Shown: piece by piece, positions 14,518 through 27,384 of the stretch
Position numbering within the stretch: the stretch's first letter is position 1
Layout of the letters: every line of letters starts with the position of its first letter
DNA from: Octopus sinensis
Lineage: Eukaryota
Assembly (NCBI RefSeq): GCF_006345805.1
Contig: NC_043007.1
Coordinates: 57,226,001 to 57,290,000, forward strand
Direction: 5' to 3'
Length of the DNA: 64,000 nucleotides
Notes under the pieces: model-generated
What the model was told of the DNA's origin: nothing
Seen by the model: only the letters and a program-made list of their open reading frames with translations
Databases searched by the model: none
Translations under genes and position numbers: made by a program

Positions 14518-15808
14518 ATATCTATAAATCTGAAATACGAAAAGTTTGTTTGTCTGGTTTTGGCATTGGAATGCGTTAAAGACCACTAGATCCCGTCGGA
14601 TTGACTCCAAAATTTACAGGGACATGTAAAATGAGGTGAGGATGTAAGTGGGTTAGCTTAGAAATCCCTATCTTAAAAGGTGTTGTTACTAGGGCAAAAA
14701 ACGCAAACTTTGACAAGTCTGCTCCCATTCTCTTATCTGCCTGTCTTCCTCCGTCTCTCTCTGTTTCCTCCCTTCCTATCACTTTCTCTCTATAACGTCG
14801 TTTGACAGCGTCTACTATCTTTCCCTCGCCGCCTTCGCAGCGCTGTCACACACACACACACTCTCTCTCTACGTCTGTCTGCATTCATAGAGAGAATTAT
14901 TATCGCTACCACCACCACACAATCATGAGAACAAATATTATGAATCAGATATTTATTGGGTTAATTTATATGTGTGTGTGGTCCTATATATAAATATGTA
15001 TATATAATGTATATATATACAAAGTGTATATATCTGTATTTATATATATATAATTTGTATACATTTGTATATACAATGCGTACACACACATATATATATA
15101 TATAATGCGTATATATGTACATATATATATTTAATGCGTATATATGTATATATATAATCTGTGCATTATGTGGTCGGTTGAGCTGAACATATGCACACCT
15201 ATATTAAAAGTGCTGGCGAGTTTGCATGGCAACTATTTTTTTCCTCAAATGAAAGGCGTGACCTCTAGGACAAAATTCCTCATCTTATAAAATGTGGCCC
15301 GAGTAGACCCGAATGAAATCGGGTTATATTAACCAAAATGTGAAAAGGGGTCTAAATGGGGCTGGAAGGGGATTAAAATTTACAGGAGCGGGTGTTTAGG
15401 AATTTTCTTTTACATCAAGTTCAAAATTTTACGCTGTCCGCCGTTAAGAAATGCCAGCCATTGTGATTCTATCCCTTCAAACTTTGGTTTCCAATATTTT
15501 TTTTATTTTTGTTCAGCTCGCAAGTTCGTCTGTCCCTTTTAAATGTTAGTGTTTTGCTGTCTGCCTTGAAGCAGAACTTTCCGTTGTCACTGCCTGATAT
15601 TTATGATTGATCTTTCAATGGGAGAGATATAGATAGAGAAAGATAGAGAGTAAGAGAAAGCGAGAGTCCGAGAGAAAGGAAGAGTAAGAGAGTGGAAAAG
15701 TGAGAGAGAAAGGAGAGAGAAACAAAGAGGGAGAATGTGGTGATAAAAAACAGAAACGAAGCAACAACCACACTCTTACCCGCGCGTAGAGCGGTCACCT
15801 TAAGCTAG
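14515..15808 (+). mobile_element. Non-autonomous Helitron-like element, tandem unit B
   Basis: A|TC 5' start in (TA)n, subterminal GC hairpin at about 15779-15796, CTAG|T 3' end at 15805-15808. Confidence 0.75.
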
Positions 15809-15852
15809 TATATATATATATATATATATAGATATATATATATATATATATA

Positions 15853-16085
15853 CAGGATGGCCCAAAAGTAGGTTTACAGTTATTCAACTATCTCTTTGGT
15901 TTCATATATTATCAGTTTAAACCTTAATTATAAAAAAATATGAAACCATTTTTTATGCTAATTTAGTTCATTTTGCCACGCTCCCTTTTCAGTTTGTAAG
16001 ATAGAAATTTAAATGTAATAGAATGTTTTAAAAGAAATTTAAAGTGACTCCGTAATAATTGTAAACCTACTTTTGGGCCACCCTG
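15853..16085. mobile_element. Tc1/mariner-type MITE (233 bp)
   Basis: 26-bp TIRs CAGGrTGGCCCAAAAGTAGGTTTACA with one mismatch, flanked by TA on both sides. Confidence 0.9.
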
Positions 16086-16119
16086 TAAATACATACATAC
16101 ATATATGTATATATATCAA

Positions 16120-16290
16120 CAAACTTTAGAAGCGTCGAATGTGGTTGGTATCTTGCTGAAGAAAAGTAAATTTCGAAAGCAGTAAGGACAGCAGAAAAAA
16201 AAAGTTGCCAGAAGGCGGCAACGGGACTCAAACTCGTACCCCCACAGATACTGGTTAAGTGATCTAACCATCAAGCTAAAGGCGCCCCTG
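16120..16290 (-). mobile_element. tRNA-like-headed short repeat (SINE-like), with a second copy of its tail at ~16350-16430
   Basis: Minus strand GGCGCCTTTAGCTTGATGG (A box)...GAGTTTGAGTCC (B box). Tail TTCGAAATTT...CATTCGACGCTTCyAAAGTTT occurs twice. Confidence 0.5.
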
Positions 16291-16828
16291 GCAACAATTA
16301 CCGTCAAATTTAATGCTAAATTATAGCTTTCTAATGTTACAACGTTTTGGAAATAAACTTTGGAAGCGTCGAATGGGGTAGGTATTTTGCAGAAAGAAAG
16401 GAAATTTCGAAGGCAGTAAAGCTGTAAGGAAAGCAGAGAATCGAGTCCTGTAGCCGCCTTCTCGCAACTTTTATAATCATTCTCTGATGTGCTTGCATTC
16501 TCTGCTGCATTCGAAATTTAGTTTCTTTTTGCAAAATACACGCGCGCGCGCACAACACACACACACACTCGTATATAACTCGTATCAGACAACGGAGCAA
16601 TAGACAACGATGTTTCGTCATTTTTGAGATTTGTGAATACTGTGTACTGGTACAAGGCCGGTACACAGCTAAATCGATGTCTATGATTATAAGCAAAATT
16701 GTTCTAACACCACTGACGAAAAGATATTCTCTTACACATAAGCACAGCCTACCCACATAATTGTATGTGTGTTCGATATTCTTTATATACACCGAGTTGA
16801 TTCTAATTCTTATTTGAATATCTGTCTG

Positions 16829-16911
<83 letters not shown>

Positions 16912-16916
16912 GTCTG

Positions 16917-17029
<113 letters not shown>

Positions 17030-17125
17030 CATAACGCATATCCAACGCTGGTTCCCCAGCATGACCGCAGCTTTAAAGCTGGAACAAGTTAAAGAGTTGT
17101 ATATATATATATATATTTTTTTTTT

Positions 17126-17315
17126 CTTTTATTTGTTTCATTCATTTGACTGCAGCTATACTGGAGTACCGCCTTTAGCGAATCGACACCAGGACTTATT
17201 CTTTGTAAGCCTAGTACTTATTCTATCGAACTCTTATGCCCAACCGCTAAGTTACGGTGACGTAAAGAAACCAGCATCGGTCGTAAGCGATGTTGGGGGA
17301 CAAACAGAGACACAC

Positions 17316-17361
<46 letters not shown>

Positions 17362-17524
17362 CGACGGGCTTCTTTCAGTTTCCGTCTACCAAATCCACTC
17401 ACAAGGCTTCGAGCGGCCCGGGGTTATAGTAGAAAACACTTGACCAAGATGCCACGCAGTTGCATTGAACCTGGAACCAGGTGGTTGGTAAGCAGGGTCC
17501 TTACCACACAGCTACACTTGCGCC
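17126..17524 (-). mobile_element. tRNA-derived SINE, family A (resembles octopus OR-type SINEs)
   Basis: tRNA-like head, body GAAACTGAAAGAAGCCCGTCG, internal (CA/TA)n, tail GGCGGTrCTCCAG...CAGTCAAATGA. Other copies at 34500, 45363 and 55843. Confidence 0.85.
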
Positions 17525-17573
<49 letters not shown>

Positions 17574-17599
17574 ATGTGTGTGTGTGTGTGTGTGTGTAT

Positions 17600-17896
17600 A
17601 AAATAAGAAAATGGAGGAATAGATTTCTTTCAATCATCAACTACTAGATAATACCAATTCAATCTCTGACGAGGCCTTGAGGCTCTTATCGACAGGCTGA
17701 AACAGCTGTAAGATCCATTTTATATTTATATGTATTGTTCTTATGGTATTATCTTACTTATTGATGTGTACTCTTTTATTCTGTATTATTCTGTTTGATC
17801 TGGATGTTCCTAAATAATTATTTAATAAATTATATGAATTGGTATTATCTAGTAGTTGATGATTGAAAGAAATCTATTCCTCCATTTTCTTATTTT
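17600..17896 (+). mobile_element. HHR-bearing PLE pLTR-like insert enclosed by a perfect 62-bp inverted repeat
   Basis: 17600-17661 is the exact reverse complement of 17835-17896. The spacer holds an HHR and an AT-rich tail. Confidence 0.8.
17662..17714 (+). ncRNA. Minimal hammerhead ribozyme, essentially intact
   Basis: ATCT-CTGACGA-GGCCT(16 nt)AGGCT-GAAA-CAGCTG-TA^AGAT. Full core, palindromic stem III ACAGCTGT, GUA cleavage triplet. Confidence 0.8.
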
Positions 17897-18157
17897 GTAT
17901 TATGAATTTGAAGTAAAACATTTTACCTTCGCCCATATAATACAATAAATGAATTAATTGATTTGCAATTCTTAGCATTTATGTATTAGCCTTTCTGGGT
18001 ATTTACTGGCAGTATATTGGATAAATGATATCCCATAGTGAGTTACACTCATAACCCCTATCTCACTTTGTATAAATATATATATATATATATATATATA
18101 ATAGATATATATATATATATACACATACATACATATATATATACATACATATATATG

Positions 18158-18188
<31 letters not shown>

Positions 18189-18346
18189 TATATATATAAT
18201 ATATATATATATATATAATATATATATATACACATACATACATATATATATATATACTCGGTGTTAAATTAATGGTATTATTAAATTAATATCAATTTTC
18301 CACCCTCATTTATAATTTTTTTTATATATATACACACACACACACA

Positions 18347-18404
<58 letters not shown>

Positions 18405-18423
18405 CAATATATATATATATATA

Positions 18424-18459
<36 letters not shown>

Positions 18460-18648
18460 TACATATATGCATATATATATACACATACATATATACATAT
18501 ATATCTATCTATCTATCTATCTACACACACACGCACACACACACACATATATATATCGGGAGAGTTTACGAAAACAACAAAAGACAAAGACAGGTGGTGT
18601 ACAAAACAAACAGATGTATTAGTATAACGCCCAGGAATAGAAAAAGTC

Positions 18649-18682
18649 TTTTACGTTTCGAGCCTACGCTCTTCTACTGAAA
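18649..18682 (-). ncRNA. HHR-like motif with variant core
   Basis: Minus strand TTT-CAGTAGA-A-GAGC(gtag)GCTC-GAAA-CGT-A-AAA. Stems II and III are canonical; the 5' core has two deviations. Confidence 0.45.
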
Positions 18683-19122
18683 CGGACACAGAAAAAACAA
18701 GGAGAGAAAAAAATGTGTGTAGTGGCTAACGATCTATCATGGCGACTTACATTAACCTGATGGGTTAATGTATATATATATATATATATACGTCATCGTC
18801 CGACGATGGTCTGGCTGGCGAAAACTTCAACGTCACTAACAAATTTGTACTCTACTAAATTATAAAGTAATCCATCAGGTTATGTAAATTTGTTTTTATT
18901 ATAAATGAAAATAAAAAGAAACATGAATATATATATATATAATATATATATATATATTATATATATATATATAATATATATATGTATATATATATGTAAA
19001 CATATATAAATGTGGGTGGGTGTGGCTGTATATATGTATGTATATACGCGTTTATATATTACGTGTATATATATATATATACACGTAATATATAAACGCC
19101 TATATACATACATATATATAGG

Positions 19123-19155
<33 letters not shown>

Positions 19156-20208
19156 TATATATATATACATATATATGTGTGTGTGTGTGTATGTATGTAT
19201 ATATGTATGCGTATATATATATATATATATGTTTGTGTGTGTGTGTATACACCTGTTTTATATACAAACGAAGCAGTAATAATTGAAATAGCCATGTGGC
19301 AACTCGCAATACCATTGAATGTTTATTCTCTGTTTCCCATATATTTGAGGCCACACATCTCGACTAAGGATATGGCTGGCAGCGAGTGCATGCATCAAGA
19401 AGCTCCAATGAGGCCGAAATGCATTTGGTGTTCTCACTGGCCGCTGCTGGAGTTTCGCTTTCCTCCAATAGATATTTTATTTTTAGACATAGCACATTCC
19501 TCAGAGTTTCTTTCTCTGGTCAAATAGTCGAATACCGCCTGTCAACGAGGCATTTACATTCACTATGATGCATAGATTACTGTGGCATATCTATGGGGAA
19601 ATTCTTGATTGTTAAGATCGTCTCTTCTCAACTGGAACTGGTATTAATTACTATATTGTAATTATGACACATCCGCTCGAGGCAAAGAAAATGTGAATAT
19701 ATTATAAATTTGTTATTTGGTAATTGATATATGTGTATGCTTTTGAAATACATGCCAGTGGGCCACTTTGAGCTATTTCTCCTAGATCATTTGTGTTTAA
19801 ATTATTGAAATTACCTGAGCTATAAATGCTTTCTACTTTTTTTTTTCTATAATTCTAAATCTCTTGGTTACAATTGTCATGCTGATGGCATTTTCCTTAA
19901 TGGCACGACAACATTTACAAATTTTGATCCTTAAAATTATCTTTCCTTCTCAATTACCATTTGGTAATTATAATGGATGCTCTACAGTCGGAGATAATTT
20001 TAAAAGAACAGAAACCAGAAATTTATCTTGTGTGGGATTTGATACACACAGAAATTTTACAAAATGTATAAATTGATGATGAGTAAAGTACCGGCACAGT
20101 TTCGATGACCTGTTGTTATCCGTAGATTTACTGCAGGAACTTTGTAAAGGCGGTTGGGGTAACAGTATTAATAAAATAGATGATGGAATGTTTAATAGAC
20201 TTTATTGG

Positions 20209-20250
20209 GTACAACACATATTTCGATTCGTTCTGGGTATCTTCAGGTAC
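20209..20250 (-). ncRNA. Degenerate HHR, possible 3' pLTR of the Penelope element upstream
   Basis: Minus strand GTAC-CTGAAGA...C-GAAA-TATGTG-TT-GTAC followed by AATAAA. Stem I intact, stem II decayed. Confidence 0.45.
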
Positions 20251-20845
20251 ATCAATAAAAAGTCTCACTCGTGATTTCTTGAGTCGGCTTACGTACCGCT
20301 ATATGGCCATAAAATTCGAGAATGAGTAAAATCAGAGAAAAATTATTGAAACGCAAAAAATTCAAATATGAAAGTGGAAAGTATACATTCCAGTTTAGAG
20401 AGAATGACGTAATCAGCTTTCGCTGATGTAACTGTTAAGAGAAAGAAAAGGAAGTAGAAGTTGAAAGGAAGATAATACTTTTTGTGTTCGTGCTTAGACG
20501 CATATATACGTAAACACACACACACACTCACACACACACACACACACACACACACCACACACATATATATATGCACATATACATACACGTTCACACACGC
20601 ACATCCAAGTATATGGGCATATATATGCAACTAGATACACGCGCATACGCACACCTATGGACGAATATATAAATATATATGTATAGGAACTCGTATGCAC
20701 AGGTACACACGTGTATACATACATAAATATACGTACATAGTATAGGTAAATATGTGCATAAATTCGTACGTAAAGCAAGATACACACGTCCGTGCAAAGC
20801 TTCACACACACACACACATACACACACATATATATAATCATACTA

Positions 20846-21016
20846 AGGGAGCAAGGGCGAAAACGACCTATGTCTGGCATGCTTGAACTGCTGATGTCTA
20901 AAAAAAAACTACCAAAAACGCCAGATAAATATATACATCTGGAGATTTTGGTAATTTTTTGAAGGTATCGGTACTTCATGCATGCTGAAGGTAGGTCGTT
21001 TTCATCCTTGCTTCTT
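20846..21016. mobile_element. Near-fully palindromic MITE (~171 bp)
   Basis: Outer arms AGGGAGCAAGGGCGAAAACGACCTA / TAGGTCGTTTTCATCCTTGCTTCTT, inner arms CTACCAAAAACGCCAGAT / ATCTGGAGATTTTGGTAA, TA flanks. Confidence 0.65.
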
Positions 21017-21183
21017 TAATATAATTATATACATATGTATATTATTATTAATTTAATGTATAAATTGCCTATAAATTTTTATAGCATGCTGACTACTTGA
21101 TAAAAATCAACGTGATTTTTATCCTTATATTCTATTATAAATTAATAAATATGCATATATATATATACGTACAGATATATGCT

Positions 21184-21246
<63 letters not shown>

Positions 21247-21389
21247 CACACACACACATATATATATATATACATACATATATACATATATGGATCTAGA
21301 TTGCAAGATCATATGTCAAATACAAGTTATGAGAATATAATGTCTTAAGTTCAGGTGTATTAAGAGTTATGGGCGCCATGTATACATCA

Positions 21390-22790
21390 AATTATGTATG
21401 GTCGGGATTTGTGTTTAGCTGCGTGTAGGCAGCTGGGTAATAGTTCAGTGAATTTATTTATAATGCGCTCATTTGTAAACATTATCGAGATTGACTCCTC
21501 GGAGCATAAGTGGCATTCTCAGGTATAGTGTTATAGGGACTCGCGTGTCTAAGTATGGACCATGTAAGGTCGTATTTTGTCGGCCCGTGATGTTACATAT
21601 CGTTTAAGGATATTTCGAAAGCTGGCGATGTGGTTGCTGTATCGATGCTCCAATATATACGTAGGTGCCTCCTCTAGTATTTATAGTGCACTTGTATACC
21701 ACGTTCTTAGTCATACATTGGTTATCCAAAGGACAATTGGATCTATCTCTGCATGAGCATAACTGTTTGATTTTGTTGGCTTGTGTACATCGAGTGCTGG
21801 AGGGCTTGGTTCTGTTTGGTATGTTGGTTATCATTTTATTATCACTATTTGTAGGTGTTCTCAGTTTATTATTGTAATTGTTGCTGGTGCTATTTGTTGG
21901 ATGGTTATCATGGATATTGTAATTATCGCTCTGTTGGTTGACAGTATAATTCGAGTTATAAACGTTGTCTTTAGGCTGGACATATGAGTTATGGTTAATC
22001 TCAAGAAGGTTATTTTGAGTGCTGACTAGTCTTCGCCTCAGTTTATGGTTGTTAATCCTATGAATATGGTGCTCTAAGTTTGATGAATTTGCATAGGATA
22101 GTTTCATAATGTGACGGTTGAATATTTTACTGTATGCTCCATTTTTAGGGAAGCAGCGATCAAGTGCGGTGAAAAATTGTTTTGCGATCTTAGATGAGAT
22201 GCTGGAGCTCCAGACTGAGTTATACCAAAGGACGTCATAGGTTTTATATTTTCGGTTAGTTCTGTTTGTCTGAGTGCTTGGAACGGCAATTGGCTTTTCT
22301 GGTGTTAGGTTTTTAATTTGTTGTTTGTTACGAGTTTTCTCTAACTCATGGTTGATCCTAATGTGTCTGGGTTTGGTTAGTCTTATCTTATGGTTTGGGA
22401 TTCTATTATCTAGATTTTTGATTTGTGTGTGTAGTTATTGTTGTTTTTGGTAAGTTTTTTTTATAATGAATCGTATTACTTGTTGAGTTGTAAGAGTTAT
22501 TATTATTATTACTACTACTGGTATATTGGATTTTCTCACGGTATCCGGCCTTAGCTAAGGCTGAGTTATAATAAGGTGCGTGTATGTTGAATATATTTTC
22601 ATTTACGGATAGCCTGGATATTCTAGCCGGGATATTATTGACAGATCCTTTAATTATTGATGGTGGATGATTAGATTCAACGTTGACATATTTTAGGCTC
22701 TCATTAGGTTTATGAAACGGTTCGTGCAGGCCAGTATCCAAATCAAAAGTAGCGGCTAAAAAGTCGACTCTACGGTATTCATTGATTATA
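21390..22790 (-). mobile_element. Penelope-like element, 5'-truncated and disrupted: RT thumb, Cys-rich linker and GIY-YIG endonuclease (Neptune-like)
   Basis: VDFLAATFDL...ESNHPPSII...YNSALAKAGY (RT C-terminus); FWYN...CFPK...KIFNRHIMKLSY; CSCRDRSNCPLDNQC; NVVYKC...YIGAS (GIY-YIG); WSILRHASPYN and CHLCSEE after frameshifts. Confidence 0.9.
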
Positions 22791-22811
22791 GTGATGGAGA
22801 ATCCATATATA

Positions 22812-22874
<63 letters not shown>

Positions 22875-22977
22875 TGTGTGTGCGTGTGTGTAAGAAACAG
22901 AGAACACAAGCAAAACATGTGGTATCACTTTAGAGCCTTTAACTTATAGTTTATAATCGAACTCAGAATATGCCTAC

Positions 22978-23270
22978 GGGCATATGGCGTAGTGGTTAAG
23001 AGCGCGATCTAATAACCCCAAGATTCTGAGTTCGATTCTAGGCAGTGACCTGAATAATAATAATAATAATATATTAATAATAATAATAATGATAATGATA
23101 GAAATAATAATAATATTAATAATAATAATAATAATAATAATAACATCGAAAAATATCTTAGGAATGAGAACCCAGGTTCGAAATTTCCTGAAGACACCTG
23201 ATGAAGGCAGGAGGGTATGTCAGTCGAACGTTGTGTTAACAACAAATAAGATGAGGACAAATGTAAATAA
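22978..23270 (+). mobile_element. tRNA-headed SINE with (TAA)n core and HHR-containing 3' module, copy 1
   Basis: A box TGGCGTAGTGG, B box GAGTTCGATTC, (TAA)n, then ACAC-CTGATGA-A-GGCAG...CAGTC-GAA-CGTT-GTGT at 23194-23236. Homologous to 56399-57087. Confidence 0.8.
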
Positions 23271-23277
23271 TGAAAAT

Positions 23278-23365
23278 AAGTATCAGTTGAGCATTGGGGT
23301 CAATGTAACGAATGGCCCTCTTCCACAAAATTTCAGGCTTTGGGCCTATAATAGAAATAAATATT
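23278..23365 (+). mobile_element. 3' fragment of tRNA-derived SINE family B
   Basis: CAGTTGAGCATTGGGGTCAATGTAA...AAATTTCAGGCTTTGGGCCTATAA, homologous to tails at 29071 and 52026. Confidence 0.6.
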
Positions 23366-23946
23366 TTTAATTCTAGATCAACAATGATCGTAGGACTTGT
23401 TTTAGCTATGAATACTCGTGAAGTTAAGACTACGTTTTCCGATGTTTCTTTCCATTTCGCTTTTTCAGGTCAGCAATGATATAGTAGACGTACGACTTTC
23501 CCATTTTTTCTGTACACAGTCTATCTAGGACAACATTTACCGACGTGTGCTTCATGTTTAGCTTAGCAATAATCGAATAAACAGTCTTTTGGTCGTCACT
23601 ACCTGTTTTCCCATACAGATTGAATATAGGAGATTATTTTCCGATGACTTCCTTTTTTTAAACTAAGATGAAAGAGTGTGATTATATGAAAGAGATTTGG
23701 CTGTTACTTCTAGCATGTAGAGCGTCCATGCAGAGAATCCCTCGTTGGCCTCGTCGGCCTCATTGGCTCAAGGTGGTTTAGTAATTTATTTGACCTCCAT
23801 TGTTCAGCATAGCTTTCAATAAATCGCCACGGAAATATTAATTATTTTTTCTTACAAACCGAAAAACGTCTGACAGATTCAAATGAAAGGGGTAAAACAT
23901 TGTCATTCCGGCTTATGTAAAGTAACTTCAACATATCCCACATAAG

Positions 23947-23985
<39 letters not shown>

Positions 23986-24124
23986 ACCCGCATATATACA
24001 TACGCACGTTCATACATACATAGAAGAACACACACAAATGTGTATACATACAAACAGTAATACACACATACATACACATATGCACACACATACATAAATG
24101 TGTAAACTTATATATTGACACACA

Positions 24125-24177
<53 letters not shown>

Positions 24178-27100
24178 GCACACGTACGCACATATACTCA
24201 CACATCAGAGTTTCTTTCATAGTAGAAGCCCATTCAATTCATGGCAAGTGAAATGGCTTCACCGGAAATTGAAACCGGTTCGTGGACTCAGTTCACCAAG
24301 AAATGACGGTTATTTTTCGGCATTTGCCACTAGAATTGTTTAATAATACACATTATGATCACCTCCAGTCACTTTCTTCTTTGATGTTACAGCTTTGAAG
24401 GAAAGTTTGTATTTAATAAATCACATTTTGTTTTGAGCTGTTTCATCTTAACTTTCTTGGAGAGCCAATTGGGTGTGTTTTACCATTGGCTATTTCCATT
24501 GTAACTCTATCGTCTGCTTCGATCAATTCACACTATCGTCTGCTATTCTGTAAATTTTAAATGATTATTTAGACAATGCATTATGCTACATATTCACAAT
24601 TTTGTACAGAGCTCTATTAAATAGAAGAGAATATGGTTGTTATCGAAGGGGATGTGGGTTAGATTGCTGAATTCAACGTTCAAAGGGAGACAGGAAATAG
24701 TTGATTTTTTTTGTCATCAGTGTTTCCTGACTCTATCACTATCATTCTCAGCGCTAAAGCAATTCTTGTCAAAAGTCTCTTTTACTTGCTCTTGTATCCT
24801 CTCTGCCATCATGTGAATGTATGTACAATCGTGTTGTGTATGAATGTATTTGAGTGCATTTGAACCTTTTACACTTTAGTGAGCACACTAATGTTTGTCC
24901 AACTAGGTTACATCAGTCTAAATAGAAGCAGGTAGATTGCTTCAGCTTAGCAGGAAGACGAAGGCGTTATAACAGAGACAATATGAAGGTAAAACCCCTG
25001 AAACCAAGTTCAGTGTTATATTTATTAGTAGTTGTTGTTGTTAGGTTCCTTACACTGGAGTTTAGTGACCAAATGTTATGGCTTCGTTGAAGAGGTGAAG
25101 GACTAAAAACTATGAGAATAATATCATATGCCGAAAGCATTGTATGATAGTTACTAAATCATGAATAGTCGAGTACCATTAGTCGAATTCTGTTTGAATA
25201 TCAAGTACTTCCAAAATGTCTCTAGTTACCTTGAGTAAATTCTATAATAATCAATGAACTTGTATTAGATGCAGGAGTATTATTTTTGTTTGTGTTTTCT
25301 TTTTTCTTTTACAAATAAGAACAAGTGTAATCACTCACGTTTACAGATGAAAAGTGTATGCGTGTGTGTGTGCTTGTGTGCGTGTGTGCATGTGTGTGTG
25401 TGTGTGTGTGTGTTTATGTACGCATGAATGCTTGTTACATACGTATGAATTTCCATGTGTGTGCTGCGTGCATTAAATTTTGTGTTGCAGGATTTGAGGA
25501 ACTGAGGAAAAAGACTCGGCTCCGGGGTTTGTTTTATGCATTTTGTGTAAGGAGAATCAAGAACGTTCTTCAAGTAAAACCATGTATCTCACTTTATTCC
25601 ACTACACGCCTGCTCTTTAACATTTTCTTTCTTCTTTCTAGTACTATTAAACCATTAGTGACTATTGTCATAATGGTTTTTATTCTTATAGCTTTGAGGG
25701 CTCATTCAGCATTCTTCAATGATGCAGCGTATCATGAAGAATTTCTTAAACATGTGTGTGTGTAAGTGAGAGAGAGAGAGAGAGATATGGAGTGTGTGTG
25801 TGTGTGTGTGTGCGTATATTTACGTGTGTTTTATTACAAATGTATTTGTCATTATACTCGTTATTGTTGGTGTTAATTGTTTGGGTGCCAATTTATCGCT
25901 CCTATCGTCATACTTTGTAAATGTCTGCCCACATCATTTAATCAACTGGGTCCTGCAAGTCATCGATGTATGCATGCATCTTGTTAACATTAAAACAAAC
26001 AGAAGTAAAAACAATTGCACCGATAATGAATTAATAAACAAATAGAAATAAAAGATATCCGCAAGGAAATAAAACTAGAGTAGCCAGAAATTAATTTGTA
26101 TTGCAAACTATAGCTTTAACATGGTTATGAAGTTCTAGTTACTTAAATCTGTGTAAAAGGTTGCATTTCCTAATCTTTGCTAAAACAATTTAAAATGTAA
26201 AATTTAAGAGATCGCTTTCAAAGAAAAGAAGAGGAAAATTTCGCTGGAGGTTTATACTGTGAAAGGTCAAGTTGAAAATATTTATTTTACGGTTACAATA
26301 TCATCAAAATATTTCAGATGAAAAAATTATTTTCTTTTAGCTATTAATGAACGTACAGAAACGTTGAAGGTTGCGGCGTTGGAATATCATACTATGAAGC
26401 AAAGGATCGACGGTTCACATCTCGTCACTGGAGCTGAGATGTGTTCAGAACTAAAGTTCTTCTCACTTGTTGGATCAACTGATTTATCTTATAATAGATA
26501 CCATCTATCTTGTAATAGGTACCATGTATGAACCTCTTAGCAGGTAATTCGTTATGATATAATCCAACATATCCTTTCCGAGATATCACAATAGGAGTAG
26601 AAATAGAGAAAAAGAAGAATTATAATTTCGATTACATTGTCATTTAGACATTCAGAGAAAGATTAGAATAGTTTCCAAGAAGTCAAGAGCACGACAACCC
26701 TACCCAACGCGCGCGCACACACAACACACACACACACACACCACACACACACACACAAGTACATACGCACACATACTTGAAATTTCTCTGAAACAAAATA
26801 TTACAGCTAGTACCATTCCACGATTGTATACACATCATAGATGATATACATATCTGTATTTTAATCTAAGGTTGTTTCAAGTGTGTCTATTAATTTAATT
26901 CTAGCTTCGTTAGCCTTCGCACAAATCAGTAATTTTTTTGTTTATTGACTTCTATATCAGAACCAACATTTTCGACTTGGCTCACAAGTTGAGCGTGCGC
27001 ATCACTGAGGAGATTAAATCAGGTTGAATCACTGTGTTTTGCTATCTACCGGTGTTCCGAGCAACACCCTGTGTTTTTAACATAAAAGGCTCTTTGTGAA

Positions 27101-27384
27101 GATTCTCTGCCTCAAAATATTATACCTAGTGCCGTTCCGTGTTTGTATATATTTTACAAATGGTATACAAACCGGTATTTTAATTTAAAGCTGTTCCTAT
27201 TATATATATGTATATCCTGTCACATATGAGAGAAAGGGACAGACATCGTAAATTCTAGGGCTCCATGTTTACTGGTGGGACTGTGGGACTGATCGCCCAT
27301 TGGTGGTTAATCTAATCGCGGAAATTCAAGCAGTTCGCTCATATTTTTGAACAAACGAGGTTGCTTGGCGGATTGACAAAATTA

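Noticed and set aside
16168-16200. CTGAAGA...GAAAGCAGTA hammerhead-like string
   Set aside because: Stems II and III pair poorly, and the paralogous copy at ~16390 does not conserve the core.
24235-24285. GAAACCGGTT palindromic stem III
   Set aside because: No acceptable CTGANGA core upstream.
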